A stretch of DNA of 48,350 nt from Thermoplasmata archaeon (GTDB taxonomy: Archaea; Thermoplasmatota; Thermoplasmata; RBG-16-68-12), in NCBI GenBank assembly GCA_035632695.1, contig DASQGG010000181.1, positions 1-48,350 on the forward strand, in the 5' to 3' direction. The notes under the pieces were generated by a model that saw only the letters and a program-made list of their open reading frames with translations, was not told the DNA's origin and ran no database searches. The translations under genes and the position numbers were made by a program. Position 1 is the first letter of the stretch. Each line of letters starts with the position of its first letter. Below are positions 1 through 8,138 of this stretch, in pieces.

Positions 1-178
1 CGCGGTACTTGAACAAGGGGGACACGTCGATGAGGCCCGCGGCACCGCGGATCGCGTGGTACTCCATCTCGGGGACGAGCTGGTACGACGTGGCGCACAC
101 GTAGCCCGACCAGTTCCGCCATCCGAAGCTTTCGCAGAGCACGGACGTCCTCGCATGGAACGGCGTCCCCCGCGGCAC
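1..178 (-). CDS. aminomethyltransferase (GcvT-type, folate-dependent) family protein, N-terminal 59 codons only; gene runs off the left edge
   Basis: Own minus-strand translation from GTG 178: VPRGTPFHARTSVLCESFGWRNWSGYVCATSYQLVPEMEYHAIRGAAGLIDVSPLFKYR. The YHAIRxxAGLIDVSPL block matches the conserved N-terminal motif of glycine-cleavage-T-type enzymes. GGGAGGAG lies 4 nt upstream of the GTG. Too short to appear in the ORF track. Confidence 0.6.
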   Translation of the reverse strand, partial: MPRGTPFHARTSVLCESFGWRNWSGYVCATSYQLVPEMEYHAIRGAAGLIDVSPLFKYR

Positions 179-329
179 GCGTCTCCTCCCGCCGAATCGA
201 CGAGGGCAAGCCTCGACTCGGGTTAAACCTTTAGGGGTGGCGAAATTCGAACGCCCCGGAAACGAATCGTTAAATGGAACACGTTCATTCCGAGCCCTCC
301 GGGTCCGCGGGACGGGAGGAGACGGCGCG

Positions 330-1922
330 ATGGCCACCGCCTACGATGCGATCGTCATCGGCGGGGGGCATAACGGCCTGGTCACCGCGGCGTACCTGGG
401 ACGCGCGGGAAAGAAGGTCCTGGTCCTCGAGCGCCGGCACCTCGTCGGCGGCGCGGCCGTCACCGAGGAGGTGGTCCCCGGGTTCAAGTTCACGGTCTGC
501 GCCTACGTCTGCAGCCTCCTGCGGCCCGAGATCATCCGCGATCTGAGCCTGCCGATGAACGGCTACCAGATCATTCCGGTGGAATCGACGCTCACGCCGT
601 TGGAGGACGGGCGCTATCTGTTCCGAGGCGCGGACCCGGACGAGAACCGGAGAGAGATCTCCAAGTTCTCCAGGCGGGACGCCGAGGCGTACCCCAAGTT
701 CGGGCGGCTCATGGTCAAGATTGCGAGGTTCGTGAAGCCGCAGATCGGCATGACGCCGCCGGACCTCGGCTCCATGAGCCCCGCGAACCTACGGCGGATG
801 TTCGAGCTGCGGGGTCAGTTCAAATCCGCGGACCAGGAGACGCTCTACACGTTCGCACGCCTCATGACCATGTCGAGCGCGGACTACCTGGACGAATGGT
901 TTGAGACGGACGCCCTCAAGGGGACGATGTGCGCCAGCGGGATCATCGGCACGTTCCTCGGTCCGAGGTCTCCGGGTACCGCGTACGTGCTGATCCACCA
1001 CTACACGGGCGAGGTCGACGGCGCCTTCCGGGCGTGGGGGTTCGTGAAGGGCGGGATGGGGATGGTCAGCGAATCCATCGCATCCGCCGCCCGTTCGTAC
1101 GGGGTCGATATCCGCGTGAACGCGGACGTGCGGCAGATCCTCGTCCAGGACGGGCGGGCGATCGGCGTCGAGCTCGCGACCGGGGAGCGGATCTCCGCGA
1201 GGGTTGTCGCCTCGGGTGTGGACCCCAAGCGGACGTTCCTCCAGATGGTCGAGCGGGATGCGCTGCCGCCGGACTTCGTCCGCGGCATCGAGGCGTACAA
1301 CATGGAGGGCTCAAGCGCGAAGGTGAACCTCGCCCTCAAGGACCCGCCGAACTTCACCTGCATGCCCGGCGAGGGCGCCCACCTCCAGGGAGCCATCTCG
1401 ATCAGCCCCAGCGTGGAATACATGGAACGCGCGTACGACGACGCGAAGTACGGGGACTATTCGAGGCACCCGTACATGGACGTCATGGTGCCCTCCGCGA
1501 TCGACCCGGGCATGGCACCTCCCGGGAAGCACATCATGTCCATCTTCGTCCAGTACGCGCCGTACCATCTCCGGAGCGGGACGTGGGACGAGAAGCGCGA
1601 GGCCTTGGGCGACACGGTCGTGCAGACCCTCGCCGAGTTCGCGCCGAACCTCCCCAGGGCGATCATAGGCCGCCAGGTCCTCACCCCGCTCGACCTCGAG
1701 CGGACCATCGGCCTGACGGGAGGCAACATCTTCCACGGCGAGCTCACGCCTAACCAGCTGTTCTTCCTCCGACCCGTGCCGGGCTGGGCGCAATACCGCA
1801 GTCCGATTCGCGGGCTCTACCTATGCGGCTCGGGGGCCCACCCGGGTGGCGGGGTCATGGGCGCGCCGGGATACAACGCGGCCCGAGAAATCCTGAACGA
1901 CTGGCCCCCGTGGAGGTCGTGA
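330..1922 (+). CDS. FAD-dependent oxidoreductase, phytoene-desaturase (CrtI)-related family, paralogue 1
   Basis: Track ORF 237..1922. Start moved to ATG 330, giving MATAYDAIVIGGGHNGLVTAAYLGRAGKKVLVLERRHLVGGAA (Rossmann FAD motif at the N-terminus), with GGGAGGAG 8 nt upstream. C-terminal GLYLCGSGAHPGGGVMGAPG motif. TGA stop. Confidence 0.9.
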   Translation: MATAYDAIVIGGGHNGLVTAAYLGRAGKKVLVLERRHLVGGAAVTEEVVPGFKFTVCAYVCSLLRPEIIRDLSLPMNGYQIIPVESTLTPLEDGRYLFRGADPDENRREISKFSRRDAEAYPKFGRLMVKIARFVKPQIGMTPPDLGSMSPANLRRMFELRGQFKSADQETLYTFARLMTMSSADYLDEWFETDALKGTMCASGIIGTFLGPRSPGTAYVLIHHYTGEVDGAFRAWGFVKGGMGMVSESIASAARSYGVDIRVNADVRQILVQDGRAIGVELATGERISARVVASGVDPKRTFLQMVERDALPPDFVRGIEAYNMEGSSAKVNLALKDPPNFTCMPGEGAHLQGAISISPSVEYMERAYDDAKYGDYSRHPYMDVMVPSAIDPGMAPPGKHIMSIFVQYAPYHLRSGTWDEKREALGDTVVQTLAEFAPNLPRAIIGRQVLTPLDLERTIGLTGGNIFHGELTPNQLFFLRPVPGWAQYRSPIRGLYLCGSGAHPGGGVMGAPGYNAAREILNDWPPWRS

Positions 1923-3499
1923 TTCTGGCGGATGCCTACGATGTGATCGTGATCGGGGCCGGACACAACGGCCTCGTGGCCGCGGCCTACCTCGCCCGCG
2001 CGGGACTCCACGTCCTCGTCCTGGAACGCCGGAGCGTCGTCGGCGGCGCGGCCACCACGGAGGAATTCCATCCCGGGTTTCGTGGCCTTCCGGGCGCCAC
2101 CCTATGTGGGAACTTGCGCCCCGAGGTCGTCCGGGACCTCGGCCTAGGCGGGCACGGCCTTCAGCTCCTCCCGCTCGACCCCGAGGTCGTCAGCCTGGGC
2201 GATGGAAGGGTGTTACGCCTTTGGCGGGATTCCCACCACGCCGCTCAGGAGATCGCGGCGTTCTCGAAGCGGGATGCCGCGGCGTTCCCGGCGTTCCAGT
2301 CCCTCCTGGCCAGGGTCGCGGAAGCCGTGGATCCGCTCCTCATGAAGCCGCCACCCGAAATCTCGGAGTGGAAGTGGTCCGACCAGCTCCTCCTTGCGCG
2401 GCGAGCCCTCGCGTTGCGCCGCGGGGGCAAGGATGTCCTGAACCAGGCCGTCCGGATGATCCCGATGAGCCTCCGAGGGGTGCTCGACGAGTGGTTCGAG
2501 GATGACACGCTGAAGGGAACCCTCGCGGCGGACGCCCTCATCGGCACCTTCCGCGGACCTTACTCGCCCGAGACGGCGTTCGGCCTCCTCCACCACGCCC
2601 TCCCGGCGGTCCATGGACTCGCCTGGAGCATGGTCCGCGGCGGCATGGGGCAACTCACGCGTCTCCTCGCCCTGGCCGCCCAAGGGTCCGGTGCCTCGAT
2701 CCGCACGGACGCCGAGGTCCGGCACATCCTCACGAAGGACGGGCACACGACGGGCGTGCAGCTCGCGTCGGGCGAGATCCTCCTGGCCCGCGTGGTCCTC
2801 TCCAACGCCGACCCGAAGCGGACCTTCCTTCATCTCGCGGACCCTGCCGAGCTGCCGCGCGATTTCCTCGATTCGATCCGCCACTTCCAGACGGAGGGCA
2901 TCGTCGCCCGAGTGAACCTTGCCCTCGACGGGCCGCCGACGATCCCGGGAACCGAGGGCGCGGTGGCCCATCTCCGAGTCGCGCCTTCGATGGAGTACCT
3001 GGAGCGGGCCTACGATGACGCGAAGTACGGGGCCGTGTCCCGGAAGCCGTTCCTCGACGCCGTGATCCCCACGCTGCTCGACCCGAGCCTTGCGCCGACG
3101 GGCAAGCACGTCATGTCCGTCACGGTGCAGTACGCGCCGTACCACCGGAAGACGGGCAATTGGGATCGCGAGCGGGAGCGGCTGGGCGACACGGTGGTTG
3201 AGGTGCTCGACGAGCACCTGCCGGGTTTGGGCAAGCTCGTGCTCGAACACGAAGTCCTGACCCCGGTCGACCTCGAGCGGCGCTTCGGCCTCACGGACGG
3301 GCATATCTACCATGGGGAGATGACCCTGAACCAGCAGCTCGTGTTGCGTCCCGCGCCGGGCTGGAGCCGCTACCGCACGCCGATCGAAGGCCTGTACCTG
3401 TGCGGCGCCGGTGCCCACCCGGGAGGCGGCGTCACGGGAGCGCCGGGTCACAACGCCGCCCAAGCCGTCCTCACCGACCGTCGAACTCGAGGCGCGTGA
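1919..3499 (+). CDS. FAD-dependent oxidoreductase, phytoene-desaturase (CrtI)-related family, paralogue 2
   Basis: Track ORF 1823..3499. Motifs YDVIVIGAGHNGLVAAAYLARAGLHVLVLERRSVVGGAA and GLYLCGAGAHPGGGVTGAPG; same architecture as the upstream gene. Start taken as GTG 1919, which overlaps the upstream TGA (GTGA). GTG 1910 is an alternative. Confidence 0.88.
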   Translation: MILADAYDVIVIGAGHNGLVAAAYLARAGLHVLVLERRSVVGGAATTEEFHPGFRGLPGATLCGNLRPEVVRDLGLGGHGLQLLPLDPEVVSLGDGRVLRLWRDSHHAAQEIAAFSKRDAAAFPAFQSLLARVAEAVDPLLMKPPPEISEWKWSDQLLLARRALALRRGGKDVLNQAVRMIPMSLRGVLDEWFEDDTLKGTLAADALIGTFRGPYSPETAFGLLHHALPAVHGLAWSMVRGGMGQLTRLLALAAQGSGASIRTDAEVRHILTKDGHTTGVQLASGEILLARVVLSNADPKRTFLHLADPAELPRDFLDSIRHFQTEGIVARVNLALDGPPTIPGTEGAVAHLRVAPSMEYLERAYDDAKYGAVSRKPFLDAVIPTLLDPSLAPTGKHVMSVTVQYAPYHRKTGNWDRERERLGDTVVEVLDEHLPGLGKLVLEHEVLTPVDLERRFGLTDGHIYHGEMTLNQQLVLRPAPGWSRYRTPIEGLYLCGAGAHPGGGVTGAPGHNAAQAVLTDRRTRGA

Positions 3500-3504
3500 C
3501 CCGT

Positions 3505-4017
3505 TCAGAGCCGCAGCTTCCGGACGAGATCGCTCATCGCGCTGCCGAGGTCCTGGGACTGGAGGAATCTCGGCTCGACGAACTCGAGTCGCTGCCACCA
3601 CGGTGGCAGGACCTTCGGCGAGGCTCCCCTCACCTCGTACACGAAGCAGAGGTCGAAGTGGCGGCGCCCCGGGTACCAGGAACTCGGATCGTAGAAGGAA
3701 TGGATCTCCGGCGCCGCGAGACGTTTCGGGGACATCTGGAGTTGATCCTCCATGACGCGCCGGGCCGTGTCCGCGGGATGCTCGCCCTCATACAGGAAGG
3801 CCGCAGGGAGGCGCCACGAGCGGAACTCGGCCTCCTGGTCCGCACGCGTGTACGTGCTGATGTTCGGCTGCCACTGCGTCCTCCACTTCCGCTGATCCCG
3901 GGGGATGCCGGCGAGGACCTTCGAACCTTGACGGACGATCACGAAGGTGGAGGCGCAGAATCCGGCGTCGGGCATACCGTACCGAGGGGCAGGCCCGTAC
4001 CGGACGAACTTGGCCAC
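3505..4017 (-). CDS. NUDIX-fold protein with a degenerate Nudix box
   Basis: 170-aa ORF with GTG start. GEHPADTARRVMEDQL resembles GX5EX7REUXEEXGU, but several catalytic Glu positions are substituted. High GC3 and no better overlapping candidate. Confidence 0.55.
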   Translation of the reverse strand: MAKFVRYGPAPRYGMPDAGFCASTFVIVRQGSKVLAGIPRDQRKWRTQWQPNISTYTRADQEAEFRSWRLPAAFLYEGEHPADTARRVMEDQLQMSPKRLAAPEIHSFYDPSSWYPGRRHFDLCFVYEVRGASPKVLPPWWQRLEFVEPRFLQSQDLGSAMSDLVRKLRL

Positions 4018-4078
4018 GGGAGGGCGAATCGTTCCTTCTACTTGAACCGTGAGGGGCCGGGGCTCGATTGAGGAGTAC

Positions 4079-5068
4079 CTAAGGGGAGAAGACCCCCGCG
4101 ACCTTGGGGTATGGCCTGGCTTCCCACACGGCCTGGAGGCCGCAGATGTACCGCGTGAGCCGCTCCACGCCGATTCCGAAGCCGGCGGACGGGGGGATGC
4201 CCTCCCGCAGCATGTCGAGATACCACCCGTACTTCGCGGGATCCGCTCCCGTCTCCCGCAACCGGCGGACTACCAAGTCGTACTCGAACTGCCTCTCCGC
4301 GCCGCTGATCGCCTCCCCGAACCCCTCCGGATAGAGGAGGTCGAAGTCCCGGAGTATCCCAGGTCGCTCCGGATCCTCACGGTCGTAGAATCCGCGCGAC
4401 TCCCTCGGGTAGTCATACACGAAGAACGGCTCGGGAAACAGGGAGGAGAGGAACTCCTCCCGGTCCCAGGGCAACTCGACGCCGTAGGGGACCGATCGGC
4501 CGCGTTCTTCGAGGATCTTGAGCGCCTCGTCGTAGCGCAGTCGACGGAAGGGCACGTGAGCCCCGTTCAGGGAACGGCCCAGCGCCGCCAGCTCGCCCGC
4601 GTGACGGTCTTTCATGCGGTCGTGCACGTGACTCACGAGGTCCTCCGCCCGACGCATCGCGGCGAGATAGTCCGCACCCGCCTCCTCGATGTCGACTTGG
4701 ACGAACTCGACGAGATGACGACGCGTCGCGGCGGTCTCGAGCGGTTCAAGCCGGACGTTCGGCGAGAAGAAGTACACCCGGCCCAGGGATGCGGCCATCA
4801 TCTGTTTGTAGAGGATGGCGCTGGACATCACGGTGTACGGCCGCCCGTAGAAGTCGATGACCGCCTGCGTTGCCCCGCGAATCCCCGGATCCGAGGCGGG
4901 GCCAATGATCGGAGGGAGGAGTTCCGTGAATCCATGGTCGTTGAGATACTCTCGAATCGCGTCGCCCAGGGCCGCCTGGATTCGCAGAACGCGTTGCATC
5001 TTGGGCTCACGCACAGTCCGGTACGAGGTTCCGAGTTGGTCAAGGTGGATACCCGATCCATCTGGCAT
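4079..5068 (-). CDS. class II aaRS-like catalytic core without an anticodon-binding domain; archaeal AsnRS-related asparagine synthetase A type
   Basis: 329 aa. The class II core is visible: FTELLPPIIG (motif 1-like), RVYFFSPNVRLEP/RHLVEFVQVD (motif 2), GFGIGVERLTRYICG (motif 3). It lacks the N-terminal OB fold of AspRS/AsnRS. TAG stop. Confidence 0.8.
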   Translation of the reverse strand: MPDGSGIHLDQLGTSYRTVREPKMQRVLRIQAALGDAIREYLNDHGFTELLPPIIGPASDPGIRGATQAVIDFYGRPYTVMSSAILYKQMMAASLGRVYFFSPNVRLEPLETAATRRHLVEFVQVDIEEAGADYLAAMRRAEDLVSHVHDRMKDRHAGELAALGRSLNGAHVPFRRLRYDEALKILEERGRSVPYGVELPWDREEFLSSLFPEPFFVYDYPRESRGFYDREDPERPGILRDFDLLYPEGFGEAISGAERQFEYDLVVRRLRETGADPAKYGWYLDMLREGIPPSAGFGIGVERLTRYICGLQAVWEARPYPKVAGVFSP

Positions 5069-5071
5069 AGG

Positions 5072-5135
5072 AGGATGACAAGAGACGCTGGGCTAGTTAA
5101 GCGTTATCATCGATTTTATATCAATTTGTCATCCT
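5072..5135. repeat. 10-bp perfect inverted repeat AGGATGACAA / TTGTCATCCT enclosing a 44-nt A/T-rich spacer
   Basis: Arms at 5072..5081 and 5126..5135, read directly. The spacer contains GATTTTATATC. The repeat lies in the divergent intergenic region between the asnA-like gene and bcp. Confidence 0.6.
5095..5102 (-). promoter_or_regulatory. TATA-like box (GCTTAACT on the minus strand) for the asnA-like gene
   Basis: A/T-rich box with its proximal edge 27 nt from ATG 5068. One member of the recurrent box described in the findings. Confidence 0.4.
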
Positions 5136-5167
5136 AGTGTATGAATATGGACGTGTAAATAATCCGT

Positions 5168-5177
5168 TAGATAAAGC
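5168..5177 (+). promoter_or_regulatory. TATA-like box (TAGATAAAGC) for bcp
   Basis: A/T-rich box 33 nt upstream of ATG 5210, inside the most A/T-rich intergenic stretch of the window. Confidence 0.35.
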
Positions 5178-5209
5178 CCGTTCGGGGCTCCGAAATTAGG
5201 CAAGGCTTC

Positions 5210-5743
5210 ATGAATGACCGGGGACTCGAATCGAGCGAGACGATGTCCGACATTCTCGAACCGGGATCCAAGGCGCCCGACTTTGCAGCGGTCGACCAGG
5301 ACGGCAACGCGGTTCGCCTCCGCGATTTCTCCGGCCGGCCCGTGGTCCTCTACTTCTACCCCGCCGACATGACCACGGGGTGTACCATGGAGGCGTGTGC
5401 CTTCCGTGACGAACGGGACAAGTTTCAGTCCTTGGGCGCCGTCGTGCTCGGAGTCAGCGTCCAAGACGCGGCGTCCCACCGCGAGTTCCGAGCGAAGCAC
5501 CATCTCAACTTCCCCTTGCTTGCAGATCCCGAGAAGTCCATCTGTAGGGCGTACAACGCCTTGGGGCTGCTGGGCATGGCCAAGCGCGTGACCTACGTGA
5601 TCGGGCCCGACGGGACCATCGTGGACTCCTTCAAGTCCATCAACCCCAAACCCCATGTGGAACGGGCGCTTCGGGTGGTGGCCGAACAGGGGTCGAGCCA
5701 TGCCGTCCAAGGTCCCGCTGCCTCCGGTCCGCATTCCGCGTAG
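5210..5743 (+). CDS. bcp: thiol peroxidase / peroxiredoxin, Bcp type
   Basis: PDFAAVDQDGNAVRLRDFSGRPVVLYFYPADMTTGCTMEACAFRD carries the peroxidatic Cys in the Bcp/PrxQ context (TxGCT). ATG 5243 is an alternative start. TAG stop. Confidence 0.9.
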   Translation: MNDRGLESSETMSDILEPGSKAPDFAAVDQDGNAVRLRDFSGRPVVLYFYPADMTTGCTMEACAFRDERDKFQSLGAVVLGVSVQDAASHREFRAKHHLNFPLLADPEKSICRAYNALGLLGMAKRVTYVIGPDGTIVDSFKSINPKPHVERALRVVAEQGSSHAVQGPAASGPHSA

Positions 5744-6233
5744 CGTGCCCATCCACTACGAACGCTTCTCCGACCGGTTCCACGGGTTCGAGGATGTCGA
5801 CGCGATCCGGTCCATCTTCGGACCGCGCACCCGTCGGGTCCTGCGGTCCCTGCGCGTCGAGTACTTTTCCGTGCCTTGGGGCTACATGGGAGTGAGCGAC
5901 ACGGACGGTCACCTGATCGTGTCCGCGCACTACCTGAAGACCGGCAAGCCCCGCGACATCTACCTCGACATCGTGCACGAGCTCGTGCACGTGCGCCAAT
6001 TCGCGGAGGGGAAGAGCCTGTTTCCGGACGGCATCGGTTACGCGGACACGCCCACGGAAATCGAGGCGTACAAGCACTGCCTCGCGGAGGGTCGGCGGCT
6101 CGGGATGACGGAGCGCGAGCTCTTCGAGTACCTGAAGGTCGAGTGGATGAACGAGAAGGAAGTCCGGAAGCTCGCCCGCAACGTCGGCGTGAAGGCGCCG
6201 CCTCCGAAGCCTGCGAAGAAGACGAAGCCTTGA
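5700..6233 (+). CDS. small putative zinc metallopeptidase (HExxH) with a Lys/Pro-rich tail
   Basis: Track ORF 5655..6233. HELVH followed about 26 residues later by TEIEAY (gluzincin-like third ligand). C-terminal KAPPPKPAKKTKP. ATG 5700 overlaps bcp by 44 nt. GTG 5745, one nt after the bcp TAG, is an equally plausible start. Confidence 0.6.
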   Translation: MPSKVPLPPVRIPRSVPIHYERFSDRFHGFEDVDAIRSIFGPRTRRVLRSLRVEYFSVPWGYMGVSDTDGHLIVSAHYLKTGKPRDIYLDIVHELVHVRQFAEGKSLFPDGIGYADTPTEIEAYKHCLAEGRRLGMTERELFEYLKVEWMNEKEVRKLARNVGVKAPPPKPAKKTKP

Positions 6234-6286
6234 CCGGGGCGCGGCCGCAAAGTACATGGCCGACCCGCCGTCATGGTTCTCCTTCC

Positions 6287-6895
6287 ATGTCGCCCGAAGG
6301 GCCCGCGCGGCTCCTCGTACGGTATCCGTCCCGCATCCGCGTCGACGAGGAGATTGATCTGAGGCTCGTCCGAAAGCGGGACGCGACCGAGATCTTCGCC
6401 CTCACGGAACGGAACCGGGCTTACCTGCGGCGGTGGCTCCCGTGGGTGGACGGCACCCGCAGCGTGGAGGACACGAGGGCCTTCATCCAGCGGTCTCAGG
6501 AGCAAGTACGCGTGGGCCAGGGGTTCCAGTCCGGCATCGTGTTCCGCGGTGAGCTCGTGGGCGTCATGGGGTTCGTCTACGTGGACGGTGCGAACCGGCG
6601 GGCCGAGATCGGCTATTGGATCAGCGAGGACCATCAGGGGCGCGGGATCATGACGCGCGCCTGTCGCGCCCTCGTGGATTTCGCGTTCGGGTCGCTTCGA
6701 TTGAATCGCGTGGAAATCCGCGCCGACATGGAGAACCGAAGGAGCCGCGCGATCCCGGAGCGCCTGGGGTTCCGCCAGGAGGCGGTCTTCCGAGGTGCGG
6801 GTTGGATGTACGACCACCACATCGACCTCGTCATGTACTCCATGCTTCGAGACGAGTGGGATGCCGCCCGGGCGACGGGGGCCGCGAAGCCTTAA
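6287..6895 (+). CDS. GNAT N-acetyltransferase, RimJ/RimL-like
   Basis: C-terminal 202 codons of track ORF 5876..6895; the N-terminal part of that ORF is Arg/Gly-rich shadow. LRLVRKRDATEIFALTERNRAYLRRWLPW and YWISEDHQGRGIMTRACRALVDFAF (acetyl-CoA motif A, Q/RxxGxG/A). Confidence 0.85.
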   Translation: MSPEGPARLLVRYPSRIRVDEEIDLRLVRKRDATEIFALTERNRAYLRRWLPWVDGTRSVEDTRAFIQRSQEQVRVGQGFQSGIVFRGELVGVMGFVYVDGANRRAEIGYWISEDHQGRGIMTRACRALVDFAFGSLRLNRVEIRADMENRRSRAIPERLGFRQEAVFRGAGWMYDHHIDLVMYSMLRDEWDAARATGAAKP

Positions 6896-6935
6896 GAGGG
6901 AACTCCCGCGGTCCCGGTCTCGAAGGAGTGACAGC

Positions 6936-8099
6936 ATTCGTGTCGTCTTGTTCGGCGCGGGCGCCATGGGGACCGTGGCGGCTCGCCATCTCGTGCGCTT
7001 GAAGGAGATTAACGACCTCGTGATTGCGGACCTCGTGCCGGTGCGCGCCCGTGCCTTGGCCGCCGCGCTTCGGAGTCTGAAGGCCCGCGCAGTGCCCCTC
7101 AGAGACCCCGCGCCGGGCGGTCTCGCCCAGGTCCTCCGGGACGCCGACCTGGCGATCAACGCGGCCCACGCGGACCTCGACCTCCCGCTCATGGACGCGT
7201 GCCTCGAGGCGGGGTCGAACTACATGGACCTCTCCTCGGAGCCGTCCAAGCAGCTCCCGTATGACACCCGGTTCCGCAACGCAGGGCTCACGGCCCTGAT
7301 GGGCGGGGGCGAGGACCCCGGCATCGGCAACGTGTTCGCGCGGCGCGGGGTCGACGCGCTGGACACCGTGGATGCCATCCGGATCCGCGACGGGGACACG
7401 GCGTCGGCCTCCGACACGCCTCTGCCCGTGGTCTGGTCCCCGGAGACGTTCCTCGTCGAGGTCTTCAGCCCGGGCCTGGTCTTCGAGGACGGCAAGCTCA
7501 TCCGTCCTCCGCCCTGGAGCGGCCGGGAGACCTATCCGTTCCCGGAGCCGGTCGGACCCCAACCCGTCTACCTCATGGACCACGAGGAGCCCGAGACCCT
7601 GGGCCGGTTCATCGGCAAGGGCCTCCGGTACGCGGACCTGAAACTCGCGATCGACGATGCGACGTACCACGTCCTCCGCACAATCCACGACCTCGGCCTC
7701 CTCCGGGACGAGCCGCTCAACGTAGAAGGGACGCGCGTCTCACCCCGGAAGCTGCTCATGAGCCTAGTGCGCCGGCCCGCGGATCTTGTCGGCCGGGTCA
7801 CGGGCACCGCGATGATCGTGGTCGAAGTGGACGGCAGCAAGGATGGGGAGCGGGTCTCGCAGCGCCTCTACACGGGTATGCGGCACGAGGACGCCGCCCG
7901 GCGGCACAACGCTACGGCGACGGGGTATCTGGTCGGGACGGGAGCGGCCGTGTTCGCGACCCAGTTCGTCCGGGGGCAGATTGCCGAGAAGGGAGTCATC
8001 TCCGCGGAATGCCTCGACCCGGCGGAGAGCCTGCGCCTCATGGGCCGAATGGGGTTGAGGGTGGCGCACGAGACTCAGACGGCGACGCCCCTGAACTGA
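6936..8099 (+). CDS. saccharopine dehydrogenase-like NAD(P)-binding oxidoreductase
   Basis: IRVVLFGAGAMGTVAARHLV Rossmann N-terminus and a saccharopine-dehydrogenase-like C-terminal half. There is no in-frame ATG or GTG ahead of the GxGxxG motif. AAGGAG (6923..6928) sits 7 nt before ATT 6936. TTG 6948 would delete beta-strand 1. The start is therefore uncertain. Confidence 0.75.
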   Translation: MRVVLFGAGAMGTVAARHLVRLKEINDLVIADLVPVRARALAAALRSLKARAVPLRDPAPGGLAQVLRDADLAINAAHADLDLPLMDACLEAGSNYMDLSSEPSKQLPYDTRFRNAGLTALMGGGEDPGIGNVFARRGVDALDTVDAIRIRDGDTASASDTPLPVVWSPETFLVEVFSPGLVFEDGKLIRPPPWSGRETYPFPEPVGPQPVYLMDHEEPETLGRFIGKGLRYADLKLAIDDATYHVLRTIHDLGLLRDEPLNVEGTRVSPRKLLMSLVRRPADLVGRVTGTAMIVVEVDGSKDGERVSQRLYTGMRHEDAARRHNATATGYLVGTGAAVFATQFVRGQIAEKGVISAECLDPAESLRLMGRMGLRVAHETQTATPLN

Positions 8100-8138
8100 C
8101 CCGCAAGGCCATGAGCGGCCGGCGCTTCGACCTGCCGG

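Noticed and set aside
232-262. GGGGTGGCG-AAATTCGAA-CGCCCC, which looks like a tRNA T-arm
   Set aside because: The stem and loop lengths are wrong for a T-arm (9-nt loop, interrupted stem). No acceptor, D or anticodon arms can be built from the flanks.
2213-3601. 462-aa minus-strand ORF antisense to the second CrtI-family gene
   Set aside because: It is Arg/Gly/Pro/Glu-rich with no recognisable motif and overlaps a well-supported gene throughout. This is a typical stop-poor shadow frame in high-GC DNA. The same reasoning applies to 8322..9077(-), 13818..15074(-), 15366..16568(-), 17156..18742(-), 23636..25432(+), 28154..29476(-), 31306..32769(+), 33167..34342(-) and 43371..44858(-).
5075-5137. 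20-codon micro-ORF (MTRDAGLVKRYHRFYINLSS) preceded by AGGAGG
   Set aside because: The GGAGG abuts the ATG with zero spacing. The codon composition is A/T-rich, unlike real genes here. The region is better explained as a divergent promoter.
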